Assembly: GCA_963514005.1 (NCBI GenBank) | Contig: OY740792.1 | Span: 37,014,001-37,078,000, forward strand | Reading direction: 5' to 3' | Source: Raja brachyura | Taxonomy: Eukaryota | DNA length: 64,000 nt | Shown here: positions 12,897 through 25,900 of the stretch, piece after piece | How positions within the stretch are numbered: position 1 is the stretch's first letter | Layout: each line of letters opens with the position of its first letter | Program-made: the position numbers and the translations under genes | The notes under the pieces: model-generated | Seen by the model: only the letters and a program-made list of their open reading frames with translations | Databases searched by the model: none | Told to the model about the DNA's origin: nothing

Positions 12897-13010
12897 ATGA
12901 GTGAAGAGAATAGTGTTTCTTCACAAGTTGAAGAATATGAAGATGACTTTGAGAAAGACCTTGACTGGCTAATCAATGAAGAAACAAAAAATAGTGATGA
13001 AGACCCAGAG
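12897..13010 (+). CDS. CCDC181: CCDC181 coding exon 1
   Basis: MSEENSVSSQVEEYEDDFEKDLDWLINEE resembles human EYEDDFEKDLEWLINE. Acceptor at 12880, GT donor at 13011, phase 0. Confidence 0.92.
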
Positions 13011-14520
13011 GTAATGTGAAAATAATTATGTATTCTGCCTTGATACTAATGAGGTATGATTACTTTCATAGAGCCACATATGTAACCTTGGTGTCATCGA
13101 TCCCCAATGAGAATGTTTCTTTAATCCAAGCAGACTAAAAAGTGTCAGCTAAAATAAAATGAAAAGTTGCATGAATTTTGGCCTAATCTGTTGCCAATGT
13201 TTTTTAAAAAAAAATGTAGTTTACAAAAGCAGTTGTAAAATTTACTTTAATCTTTCTTTAATCTTTTATCAATATCGAAAATCATCATCGTTGAAAACAT
13301 CAACGGGCACGGTGCCATGCAGTGCTATGTACGACAGTGAATACAACTTCTACTGAAGTGTGGATGGCTAGCTAGGAGCTCATCCGCCCTTTGACAGGTC
13401 TTGTTTTTGGTCCTGCTGGGGGTCCACAGCCCCCTCCTCACCTGGCAAACCATATGGGGGATTCAGTTTAGTCGCCGACTATCCGACCATGGAGCAGGTA
13501 GCAAGAGATTACATGGTACCCATGGCAGTGGGACCTCCTCCCCGACCTGACTGACCAAATTCGAAAAACTGGATGCAAACAGCACGGAAATGGGTTATTT
13601 GGCCCACAATGTCCACACCAGCACCCACTTACACTGATCCCATTCTTCCTCTCTCATCTCAATCAACTTCTCACCCTCACTCCTGCCACCACCTAAACTA
13701 CTGCAGCACAACAGATACGCAAATAAAGTATTCTGTAAAAACCATAATTAAACAAAAAAAAGTTCAGTAAATAATATGAAAAACAAGCCAACAAACAATA
13801 ATAGTGCAAAGTCAAAAATAATGTCCTCAAGTCTATGCAGTTCGGACCTCTTTGGAGGTTGTAGTGATTAAATACTATAACGTCCAAGGGCTTACCAAGA
13901 TAGCACCACATGACAGGGTCGAACACTGGACTCTGGAGCTGTGAGGCAGTAAAAGAAACTACTGGACGTTCTCCCAACCTAAAGTGTAAAATACTGAGTA
14001 ATTACAACATTGGCTGATTTTGTTTTGCAGTTTTCTAACATTGTCATTGATTTGCTGTTGTAGAATCTTTCCCTATTTTGATCATTGTCTTTTATTCCTC
14101 TCTCTCTTCTTATCTGCTCCTTCTTTTCTCCTTCCCACCATTCATTTATTCTCCATTCCTTTATTCCTCACTCAGTTATAAGTTTGCTTCCGATGGTAAT
14201 GAACTGAAAATTAAATAATTATCCTTTAATCTTCCTTCATTGCATTCCAGTTGTTTCTGATATTTTCCTAAATCACTTATTTCGGTTTTCTTACAACTTT
14301 ATGATTATTTATAATTCAATATGTACTGAATTTTCTGCTTTTGGTAAAGAGCTAATTCTTAAGATGGATGTAATTTGACGAGATATACTTTATGTCAGGT
14401 GTAAAAGAGTTCAAGTAGCCACTAAATTTTAATGGATTTTCTTTAATGACCTATCATGTCAAGGTCATTGTATGAATAAAAATCAAGGTTTACTTGGGTG
14501 AATGATGTGGTTCTCCACAG

Positions 14521-15531
14521 GATTATGAAGAAGATGAAAACATTGAAGCCAAAATTGACAAGGAGTTAGGTGATGACGAAGAGGAAGCGAAGGAAAGTAA
14601 AGATGATGAGAAAAATTCTGGGAGTGAAATTGAAAAATCACACGATAATGGTTTTCATAATAATATGAAAAATGCTAATGCAGAGGAAATCCGTACTACC
14701 ATTAGCTCTGCTCCCAGATCAGAGACATGCAGTGAGAGCTTATTCCAGGAGTTAAAGCAGGAGGACCAGCAGGATGAAGAACAGAGTGAGGAGGTAAAAC
14801 GTTACATAATGGAAAAGATCGAACAGGCCAACAAAGAACTGAAGGACGAAGATCCCGTGAATCAAAATCGAGAGCGCAGATTGAAGTTCAAAGACAATTT
14901 AGTTGATTTGGAGGTCCCACCCGTGGAATTCGCTGAAATAGATAGGGACAACGGAGAGATCACAGGTCCGATGTGTATCAAGTATATTTCAAATAATGTT
15001 CAAAAAGACAATGACAAAGAAGTCACAGATCAGAAGTCTGGAAAGTGTATTTCCAATGATGTTCAAAAAGATAATGATGGAGGGGTCACAGATCAAATGT
15101 CTCAAATGCACATTTCAAATGATCCTCAGAAAGTTGATGATCCGGAAAGACAGTGGGATGACGATAAGAACAAGGACAAGGAAGTGTTGATGGAGAAGGA
15201 TGGAAAGTTTGAACTATTCAGCTTACAAGATTTTGAAAGTCAGGGTTTACTACCTCAGATTAGTGTAGCTTTCAGTGAAAATGAATGGGAACAACCAAAT
15301 AATTTGAAGGGAAAAAACCTTTCAAGCACCCAGAACAATTTATCTCCCTCTCCAACGGAAGTACTTAATACACTAAAACTACCATTGGAACAAAAGGATC
15401 CACCTAAGACATTACCTCGAAGAACGCAATCTGCAGTAGTTTCCCCAAAACAATCTGCCCATCTGATTATTGCAGAACACAAAGAAATTAACTGGAAAAC
15501 TCAACAAAAGAAAGAGCAGCCAAAGGCAGAG
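14521..15531 (+). CDS. CCDC181: CCDC181 coding exon 2
   Basis: EEVKRYIMEKIEQANK...RERRLKFKDNLVDLEVPP and EKDGKFEL motifs. ccacag acceptor, 1011 nt open, GAG|GTAAAC donor. Confidence 0.93.
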
Positions 15532-18354
15532 GTAAACTTGGGTTTTTAAAGCTATATCAAATTAATATGCTGTAAAATTGCTTGTAATTTCTTATAGGAT
15601 TGGCACCATTTTCAATGCGAGCAATGTTGAGAATATAGAATTTTCTTTCGTTTCATGGACCATAGAACAATACAGCATAGGAATAGGCCCTTCGGCCATG
15701 TGTCCATGCCAAAAAGATGATGCTCACTCAAACTAATCCCTGTTATCTCCAGGTACTCCATATTCCTCCATTCCCTGCATATTCACATGTCTATCTAAAA
15801 GCTTCTGAACGTCACTGGCAGCAGGTTCTGGGCACATACCATTCAGCATTTAAAAAAACAAAAACATGTTCCACATATCTCTTTTAAACAATCTCCCAAA
15901 CAATATTGGAGTTGTGGCCTTTACTATTTGAAGTTTTCACGCTGGGTACTTCTATAAGGTCACCCCTCAGTTTCTACCCTCCAGAGAAAACAATTCAAGT
16001 TTGTCAAAGCTTAGAGCTAAAACAACCTAATCCAGGCATCATCCTGATCCTGAAGAAGGGTTTCGGCCCGATACATTGCCTCCATAGATGCTGTTGCACC
16101 CGCTGAGTTTTTGCAGTACTTTTGTCTACCATCATCCTGATAAACCTATTTTGCATCCTCTCCAAAGCCTGTACATCCTTGTGACTTCCTGAAGTCGTAT
16201 GACTTTTACTCATTATTAATCTTATTTCCTTTCTTAAATAAAGAAACAACATTGCCACACCGAGTCCTCCAGGGTCTCACCTATGGCTAGAGAGGATGCG
16301 AAGATCTTCATTGTGGCCCCTACAATCTCCTTTCTTGCGTCAATAACCTGGCATAGATTCCATCAGGCCCTGTGAACTATCAATTTTAATGCTTTTTAAG
16401 AGACCCAACACCACCTCTGCCTTGATCTCAAAATGCTCTTGCATTATTGGTATACCCTGCACTATCTTCTATGTCTACTGCTTAGTAAATACCGATGCAA
16501 AGTACACGTTTAGTACCTTACTTATATCCTCTGACTCCAAGCATATATTTTCTCTTGTATCCTTGAGTGGCCCTATCCTCTCCCAAGCTACCCTCTTGTT
16601 GGGGGGAGTGGCAAAATCTCTGGCAAGGTGTTTTGTGCTCCAACGCAAAAGTGTAGAAAGATGTAACGGAATATATAAAATACATAGTGGGGCCCGGTAT
16701 ACTTTGATTATTATTAAACCACAGAGATAAGCCTGGTATTGGGTTAACATTGGCACCTTGTTTATAAAAGTTGGACCTGCTGTGTATTTTGAAAATAGGA
16801 GAGCTAATCTAATGGGTATGCAATAACTACATTAAAACTTGCCATAATTAAGTTATTTTGCAGTTAAGCACACTGTACTGAATTTACTGAATATCGTTGA
16901 AGAATGTTACAGGATTACTTGAAAATCAAATCTATTGTTAGTTTAAACATTCTTGCTTTCAAAAAAAACGTTATAAATAAACCTGAGAGAAAGGTATTGA
17001 AACATCTATCCTAGACAAAGTTGCCTAATTCACCATTACCTAATTTAGTTCAGAATTTTTAGTCTACCTTTTTGGAATGTGGTTGCATTTGTGACCAGGT
17101 TACAACAGCAATGAGCTGGAGTATAAATTTATCTTCAGTCAGACACCGTCAATGCACAATACAGTAGTTTGCAAATCGTACTCATTTTCTATCAACATTA
17201 ACAAATGCTTCAACTTTCTGTCCCATTCTTGCCTGATGGTTTTTTCATATGGACTTGTTTCTGGCCCCATTTTCACCCCCCCCCCCCCGCCCCCATTTTG
17301 TCTTATTTCCTTTCTTCTTTTCTCGTTTACTTGATTGTGCTCAGGTTGTTGCTTCTTTGAATTCGCACCACTTGTTTCACCTAGGTGTACCCAAAATACA
17401 ATTCTTTGAGAACTTATCACAGTGATAAAATATTTTATTACATTCGATTTAAATACATTTCCAGTCATCTTTTAATCTGTTTTTCACTGATAACATTCTA
17501 AACAAAACTTAACTTGAATAGAACATTGCACAGAAATGTTTATATATTTCCAAATCTACATCCATCTGAGATGAAAAAAAATGCAGTATCATGACATCCA
17601 AAGCCTGTTTATTCAAAAAATCTTTGTCTGGATTTCCTAGTCGGATCTAATTTTTCTTGTGTCCCTTGGACTTCCTTTGTTCTTGAGGTGCAAAATTGAT
17701 TGTTCTCATCATAAAACCAAAAGGTATAAACAACATTTTTACTACACTATTTTATTACATTGTAGAGCCAAAGGTTTTGCATCAGATACTGGAAATCTGA
17801 AGTAAGCACAGCATTTTGGAAATAGGCAGCTGCTCAAGATGATCACTGGAGGGAGAAACATCACTAACTTTAGGTTGTGTCATCCTGATGAAAAGCCATT
17901 GCCTGAAATGTTAATTCTACTGCTCTCTCTACAGATGTTGCCTGACCCTCTTAATATTTCTAACATTTTGTAATTTTTGTTGTAGGTGTCCACATACTAT
18001 CTTTTGATTTATCTCTCCTCTCGATTTTGATGTTGGCATTCACTATGGGCTTTGGTCTTCAATGTAAAATTTCTTAGTTGAAGGAAAGATTGAGCTTGTC
18101 ACTAAAATAATTTAAGAAAATATTTTAATTTATGATTTTAAAAAAAAAACACGTTTTGAGGTAACTATCTAGCATTTTCTAGGCAATTGTGTATTGCTGT
18201 TGAAATTCCCGTGCTTGAGGAGTGCAAGGCTGATTTTTCAAACTGCTTAGATTTGAGGTTCTTGGTAAACTGGGTTGGTGAGGTGTGACAAGATTACTGA
18301 ATCCACTGTATACCTTGTTGCAGCTTACATTAACATGATAATTTGTTGTGTAAG

Positions 18355-18498
18355 ATATGGGGAAGAAAAACTGATGAAGATGAGCGGAAGAAAGAGAATA
18401 AGGTAGCTTTTGGGATGTGGCTTCAAAAGAAGAAACAGCAGCATCAGGAAGAAAAGAGAATTCAATGTGCAAAAGAAATAGAAAAAAAGAATAGTAAG
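18355..18498 (+). CDS. CCDC181: CCDC181 coding exon 3
   Basis: Encodes ERKKENKVAFGMWLQKKKQQ coiled-coil. AG/GT flanks, 144 nt, phase 0. Confidence 0.85.
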
Positions 18499-20642
18499 GT
18501 AATTGGAAATATTATTTTTTGAAATTTGAAATCTAACTTCTGTCTAACTTATCAAATTACTCTTCAGCAAAATTAGTTTAGATTACAATCTTAACAATTA
18601 TTAATTTAGCATTTTGTTCACAAGTAAAGAATGTCCATTTTGTTTTCCTAATTGATTTTTGTTGACTTAATTGCACATGTTTTCTCTAGAACACCAGAAG
18701 TTGAGGGGAATCCTGATAGAAGTATGTAAAATTCTGAGAGGCATAGTTAGGGTAGTATACACATAGTCTTTATCAGGTGGAAATGTCAAAGACTAGAGGG
18801 TGTGGCTTTAAGGTGAGAGAGGGAACATTTAAAGGAGATGTCTGGGGCAAGGTTTTTGTTTACACTGAGGGTGGTGGATACCTGGAATGTGCTGCTAGGG
18901 GCGGAGATAGAGGCAGTTATGATAGTAGCATTTAAAAGGCTTTTAGATGGGCACTTAGATATGCTAGGGTATGAGGCATATGGGTTGTGTGCAGGCAGTT
19001 TAATTTGGCATCATGTTCCACACAGACGTTGTGGGCCGAAGAGCCTATTCTGGTGCTGTACTTTTCTATATTCTTCAATCAACAGATCTTTTTTCAAAAT
19101 CTTGCCTTTTTAAATATATCAATAAAATATGTATCTTTTCTTTTCTCCGTGCTTGCTCATCCACAATGAGTTGCTCTGATAATCTCAGAATTGGGGTTCT
19201 TAGAGTTTCAACCTACCATTTTCAAAGGAAATTAGAGATGAGCTAGAAAAACTGACTAATGCCCACCCAATAATAATGAGTAGGAAGGAACTATAGATGC
19301 TGTTTTATACCAAGATGGACACAAAAGACTAGAGCAACTCATCTGGTCAGGCAGCATCTCTGAACAGATGGAATGGGTGACGATTTGGGTTAGAATCCAT
19401 TTTCAGACTGAGAATGAGTTTCAACCTGAAATGTGGCCTATTCCTTTTCTCCAGAGATGCTGCGTGACCCACTGAGTTACTCCAGCATTTAGCATCTATC
19501 TACAGCAACAATAATGAATTTGGAAGAAATCGTTCCTGTTTGTGCCATGGTTACTCTTTTGCCAGTCTCTGCCACTTAAATCCACTTAAATCATAGCTGT
19601 TCAAAATACCATGTGTTTTACACATGAAACAAAGAGCAATGCCACACAATTGTTGATTAATAGCCCGTGTGACACTTTAATACCCTTATTTCATGTGCCC
19701 TTGCTTGAACTACACAGTGCTCTCATTGTGGCTGTAGCACTGCTGTAGTTGGTTGCTCGCTGGATTGAATGAGGTTGGAAGTGGCCATGTATGGTAATTG
19801 TGATTAGATTTGGATGTAAATGACACTTTGGATTGCATTATAACCAGTAGTCTGGAATAGCTAGATGGCAGGCAACTGCAAGGTTATGATGTCAATTTGG
19901 CAATGATGGAAGCAAGAATGTAGAAACAAATAACTGTAAATGCTGGTTTAGAAAAGAAAGTGCTGGAGTACCACAGCGGGTCAGGCATCATCACTGGAGA
20001 ACATGGATAGGTGACATTTTGGGTCAAGGCCCTTCTTCAAATGAGTCTGAAGAAGGGTTCTGATGCGAGAGTTGTCACTACCAATATTTACAGCAAAAAT
20101 TGCCTTTGTTACTTGAACTAGTAGCTGTAGTTGTGAATGAGAGATTCACTAAAGAGCAAAAGCTGAAAATGAGGAAAGTTTGTGTCAAAAATAGTGAACC
20201 CGCAAGAATAACATTTCTTTCCTTCAATATTGGTTTCAGTTTGGATGTTCACAACTTATGTATTGGGTATATAACCTTTGTGCAAGGCACCCTTTTGTTA
20301 ACTTTGGATTTACAAGGAACTGCAGTTGCTGGAATCTTGAACAAAACAAAGTGCTGTAGGAACTCATTGGGCCAGGCAGCATTTGTGGAGGAATTGGACA
20401 GGCAACGATTAAATAATCGTCCCGATCCGATAGAAGTATGAAGAAGGGTCCCAACCTGAAACGTTATCTGTCCATTCCCTCCCCAATGCTGTCTGACCTG
20501 TTGAGTTCCTCTAGCACTTTGTTTTCCTTTGGTGGCTTTGTTCCACGAAGGTAATTTTACATTAAAAAATAACTTGAATGATAAAACATTTGGATAGCTT
20601 CAAGGTCAGATGATACTATCTTTTGTGGAAACATTTTGAAAG

Positions 20643-20797
20643 GATTTCCGAGACCCAAATGATGCCTTCAATCTCTGGCTAAAGAAGAAACGGGAACAAC
20701 AATTCAAAGAACAGCAAATAGAAACTATGAGGAAAAGGGAACAAGATTATAACTCAAGACTCCACACAAGAGAAGATTCTGAAAAAGCTTTTAAACA
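20643..20797 (+). CDS. CCDC181: CCDC181 coding exon 4
   Basis: DFRDPNDAFNLWLKKKREQQ...SEKAFK. Phase 0 to phase 2, GTAAG donor. Confidence 0.88.
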
Positions 20798-21780
20798 GTA
20801 AGGATATTTTAATCATTTCTATTTGTTTAGTTTTGCTCGACATGAAAATGAAGTTAACTATATTTACAAAAAAAAATGGGATGAGCTAACGCATATCTCT
20901 GTAGGCTATGACCTGCATTGTAATCAATTGGTTCAATTTTAGAAATTGTTGAAGTACACAATTATTTCCATCATGAAGCCTGAGATATTGGAACCAAAAA
21001 AATACTGTACTTTATGGTTCCAAATGTGTATTTCCCATGCCATTGATTACATAGAAACATAGAAATTAGGTGCAGGAGTAGGCCATTCGGCCCTTCGAGC
21101 CTGCACCGCCATTCAACATGATCATGGCTGATCATCCAACTCAGTATCCCGTACCTGCCTTCTCTCCATACCCTCTGATCCCCTTAGCCACAAGGGCCAC
21201 ATCTAACTTCCTCTTAAATATAGCGGTAGGACCAGGCAATATTGCAAGGTTGTCAAAGGATATGGGGAGAAGGGGTTGAAAGGGAAAAATATATCAGCCA
21301 CGATGAAACAGCAGAGTCGACTTGAATGGCCTAATTCTGCTCCTATGACTTAAGAATTTATAATTTATATGAATTCCCTACATAATATATCCTATGTTAA
21401 TGCAAGACTGATACAAGTAGAAAATCAGTAGGTTATTCAATGTGGTATACTATCAGATTATAAACTCCCATTTTGTGTGTTAATGTAATAAAGCAAGTTT
21501 TAAAACGACGTTAAAGGAAAACTTCACTTTCTTACCTACTTGTTCAGTGGATGCTGAATACCAAGAAACTGGAAATTCTCCAGTTGGTCAAGGAAAATGT
21601 TATCCTACAACCAACAAAGTAAGCTTGCAGACATCAATCTCATACTTTTGTGGAATCAAAAATGCTAACTATGTTTGGTGCTCTTCTAAACTAAGTTGTG
21701 TGGATTGCTCTGGGCAGCTTCTTGGATGTGATAAAATGGCAAGTGCATGGATGTGTTTAAATATTAAAAGATAGAAAACA

Positions 21781-22649
21781 TCTCTATAATTATAAAACTC
21801 TGATCTTGGATGTGTGGGTGTGTGTGCGCGTGTATTCACATCTTCTCCAAAAAAAGACGCGCTAACGGTAAAATCTTTACATATTCCGAATTATCCCGTG
21901 GAGTCCGAAATCACCTTATCTGAAAAATGCAGGCTTTATTAAACAAAATGTTCACAAAGCTGAAAAACTTTGAAAATAAACCAACGTCTTTCGCAGAAGA
22001 CGTCACAATGGATCTGCGCGCTGTGTTCCACGCGCAGCGAGTGAAGAACGAGCTCTCGGGTCCTTCTCAGGTCGGGTCCGTGTCCCCACTCCTCCTCTCC
22101 CTCCCCATTTCCTCTCCCTCTTCCTCCTCTCCCCCCTTCCTCCTCTGCCCCCTCCTCCTCTGCCCCCTCCTCCTCTGCCCCCTCCTCCTCTGCCCCCTCC
22201 TCCTCTGCCCCCTCCTCCTCTGNNNNNNNNNNNNNNNNNNNNNNNNNNNNNNNNNNNNNNNNNNNNNNNNNNNNNNNNNNNNNNNNNNNNNNNNNNNNNN
22301 NNNNNNNNNNNNNNNNNNNNNNNNNNNNNNNNNNNNNNNNNNNNNNNNNNNNNNNNNNNNNTCCCCCCTACCCTCATCTTCCCTCCCCCCCGGCCTCTCT
22401 CCTCTCTCTACCCCCTCTCTCCCCCCCCATCCTCTCCCTGTCTAGACGCGCCTGTGAGTTGGAGACTATGCGTGATTGGATAAAGCGGGGATGGGGTAAA
22501 GGGAGTGAACTAATATTAATACATTATCAAGGGAGGTGGTTAGCGTGTATGTGGGGGGCAGGGGGTGATTTGTGTGTGTGTGTGACGCCGCGGGCCACGC
22601 CCCCCCCCTCCCTGAGGGGATGGGATCCAACGGGTCCCACATCGTCTAG
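21781..22649 (+). mobile_element. Non-autonomous Helitron in the last intron of CCDC181
   Basis: A|TC 5' end; 3' hairpin tgggatcc-aac-gggtccca (22621-22639) followed by CTAG|T; no TSD. Confidence 0.8.
22139..22361. repeat. 15-bp C/T-rich minisatellite running into an assembly gap (N 22223-22361)
   Basis: (cctcctctgccccct)n followed by 139 N. Confidence 0.95.
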
Positions 22650-22741
22650 TTTATTATATAGGTTGGGACACACTGTCCTGTATTCTGCTTAATTCAGCAA
22701 GCATTTGAACAATAGTTTTTGTTCTCCATGTATTTTTACAG

Positions 22742-22910
22742 ATGGTTGAAGAGGAAAAAAGCAGAGAAACGGGCCGAGCAGTTGGCTGCCAAGGAGCGAT
22801 GCAAGAAGTTCCTACTGGAAGCTCGAAAAGTAAAAAGAATGCAGACTCTGCTGTGCACCCTTAATGAATCCAAATCATTTCAGTTTGACAATTATGGATA
22901 CAGGTTCTAG
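22742..22910 (+). CDS. CCDC181: CCDC181 last coding exon
   Basis: (Q)WLKRKKAEKRAEQLAAKER...stop; phase matches the previous exon. Spliced CDS is 1593 nt (530 aa). AATAAA at ~22967 and 23111. Confidence 0.88.
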
Positions 22911-25900
22911 AAAGTCCTGATCATCCTATTCATGTTCACATTTAAAATACCTCAATGCAGGGATGAAATAAAGCAGAGTCTTACTCTGGGTTTGCATATC
23001 GCACTTTTACTGGCATAAACACCTCTCAACAATGCTCTCTGTGATTGTCAGCGTGTTTCTGCATTAGTACCAACACTGGCTGATCATTGCGTACAGCATG
23101 ATTAGGTTGTAATAAATTATCTACACAGTCTGTATGTTGTTAATTTTCTTTTGTATTCCAATGAAAAAAACCCTTTCAATTATGTAGTTAAAAATTTTAT
23201 TTAATAGGACGAAGTAGACGGGTGCACCCAAGTTTCCCACAGCTATGTAAAATAAACTAATTAATGGCATTTCAGCAGATTCTATATACAACCAATAGTT
23301 AAATTCCATCTACTCAATCTGAACCAAAAATTTTAAATTCTATAGTGTCTGAACAGCAGTAAGGTTAAGTGTCAGTAAACTCTTGTACCTGCAGTTCTCT
23401 CACAAATAAATGTAGAGGTCCAATCCAGTATGCAGATGCCCCACTCATGTACAACATTTGGGAGACTGATGGAATGGATTTGCTGGCTGCCGATGCGCTG
23501 CAAGCATCTTCTGCAGTGTGGGAACTTGGATTGTGGCTGCATTTCCAACTTGGAACAGGTGGATGACCTTTATGTGTTCCTTTGCCTTCTCACTCCCACC
23601 ACACATACTCTGCATCCCTATCAAGCTGATATATGACATGATTTATGACTTTTTTTTCCCCTCCAGGAATGTCAGTAACTGTTGGGTGAGCAAGAAAGGT
23701 TTGTGGGTGTCTTGCTGTTTCTCATGTAAAAATGACTCCATACCTATATTATTGCCCTCAAATTAAACTGACTGAAATTGAGAATTTGGCTTGTTTAATC
23801 CCCTCTATAAACATGCATATCAATTTATTAGTTCTCTTCTCCTGCCACAAGCAACCTCTTTGGGATTTGTGGATTAAATACCTTTTTGCCACAGTTATAC
23901 CTGTGAAATCGAGAAGTCTTGTGGAACTACCTGGCACCTTTCTTTAAAAATACATACCAGTAACAATGCTGACATGAAGGTTGTAAGATTTCACAAATTT
24001 ATATGCACTTTACATCACTATTGACTATACTAGACTAATATAATATAAACACAGAATTCGAACTAATTATTTTAAGAACTTTACTTATTATATTTTTTGT
24101 CATACAAGTTTACAGTCAGTAATGCTACACTAAAGGGGTATTTACAGGAAGCACAATTTGTCTGTTCCTTTAGAAAGTTTATTTGAGGTGGAACTACTAA
24201 TTGGAAAAACTGCAGATGCTGTAAATCCAAAAGAGAAATGCTGTTGGCCTAGCACTCAGAAGTAGGTCAGGGGAGAGACACAAAGTCAAGATTATGGGTC
24301 AAGGATCCTTCATCAGAACTGGAAAATTAAGATAAGATTATTTCGAGCTATAGTGCAGGATAGGGGTGGAGGGAACTGAAGGAATATCTGTAATAGAATA
24401 CAGATTGAAGTTGTCAAGGTAACTTTTTTTAGCAAGTAGGTAACGCTGCTTCCGTGCTTTGACATGCTACCTAATGAAGCTAGTAATGTTTGATCAAGTG
24501 TAATGACATTTCATATTACAGTGTTATTGATTCTCTGTATCTATAAATGTACAGGCATTATTAATGAGTTTCATGACAATAAAAGCAAACATTACCAAAT
24601 GTTTGGACTTGCACTTTCTGGAGATCAAACAAATGAATGATACCATTCAGCAGTAATGCACACAATTTATTCAAAAATGCCATTATTTCTCTATACAAGT
24701 TGGTAATAAATTGGCAGATTTAAAAAGTTGTGTTCTCAGAATTCCAAACTATGAATGTTTTTGACAACTTTAAAGTGCCCAGAAGTTTATTTTTATGCGA
24801 CACGCATTATATAAATACATTTTATCCAAGACACACCAATTCTATAGCATTAGGGATCTTGCAAACAGCTGGTGGACCTGATGAACTAGAATGCAGGGAA
24901 AATATCTGGAAGCGGCCTCCAATGTTCTAGAAAACAGGTTAGCTGAGGAGACTTTTAGATAAGATTGAGGAGACTCAGCTGGAGTCACAGCCGGACATTT
25001 GACAGCTATGGCAAGGATTGCATGCTATCACCTACAAGGCACCAGTCTGAGTAGGGGTCCCAACCCAAGGTGTCACCTATCCTTTTTCTCCAGAGATGCT
25101 GCCTGGCCCACTGAGTTACTCCTGCAGTTTGTGTCTACACTGGGTAGCATAAGTCACAAAGACTCATCACGTCCAGAGTTTGCATCTGCTTGATCTGCAT
25201 CGGCAGACTTCTATCAGTATGGATTGGTAACATCTCTTCACTGACCATCAACATAGAGCTGCAAGCTTAGGCCTCTGTTCCACTTTTTTTTAATAGCCGT
25301 GACTTGTTATGCACAGCTTTAAATTCGGCATGATACAGCTGTTGGCCGAATCATGGACAGCATGGACAAGTTGAGCTGAAGGGCCTGTTTCCATGCTGCT
25401 TGTGTCTATGACTGCAGGCCAAGTTCCTGTCTGCTAAAAAAAATACTATGATTCTTGCCTCTATTACATAACTTAGGAACGTATTTTAAAACTTGATAAA
25501 ACACTATTTTGGTATCAGCTGGAATACAATGAGAATTTCTGAGCACCATACTTAAGGAAGAGATCAGCACCTTAAAGAGAGTTTGGAAAATGTTAATTAA
25601 ATAGCGACAAGGACGAGGGACTTATTGCAAAGTTTCTACTTGCATTTAAGAACATTGGGATTCAACCTCATGAAAAAATGGGGAAACTTACTTTTGTTCT
25701 CCTCAGGGAACTATTCATCAAATGGCAATCGTGTATATTATTTCAGTCACCTGTTGCAGCAGCTGTGTGCAGTTTTTCAAACATTGTTCAACAATTTTGA
25801 AAGCAAATTAAAGATTACCTCTCTGCCTTTTCAACTATTTTTCCAGAGTTGAGCAACCAAGAGGAAACTGTGACCAAAATCATTAGTTTGCCAGAAAATT

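Noticed and set aside
21927-22445. 172-aa ORF with PLLLC repeats
   Set aside because: Minisatellite plus N gap inside a Helitron.
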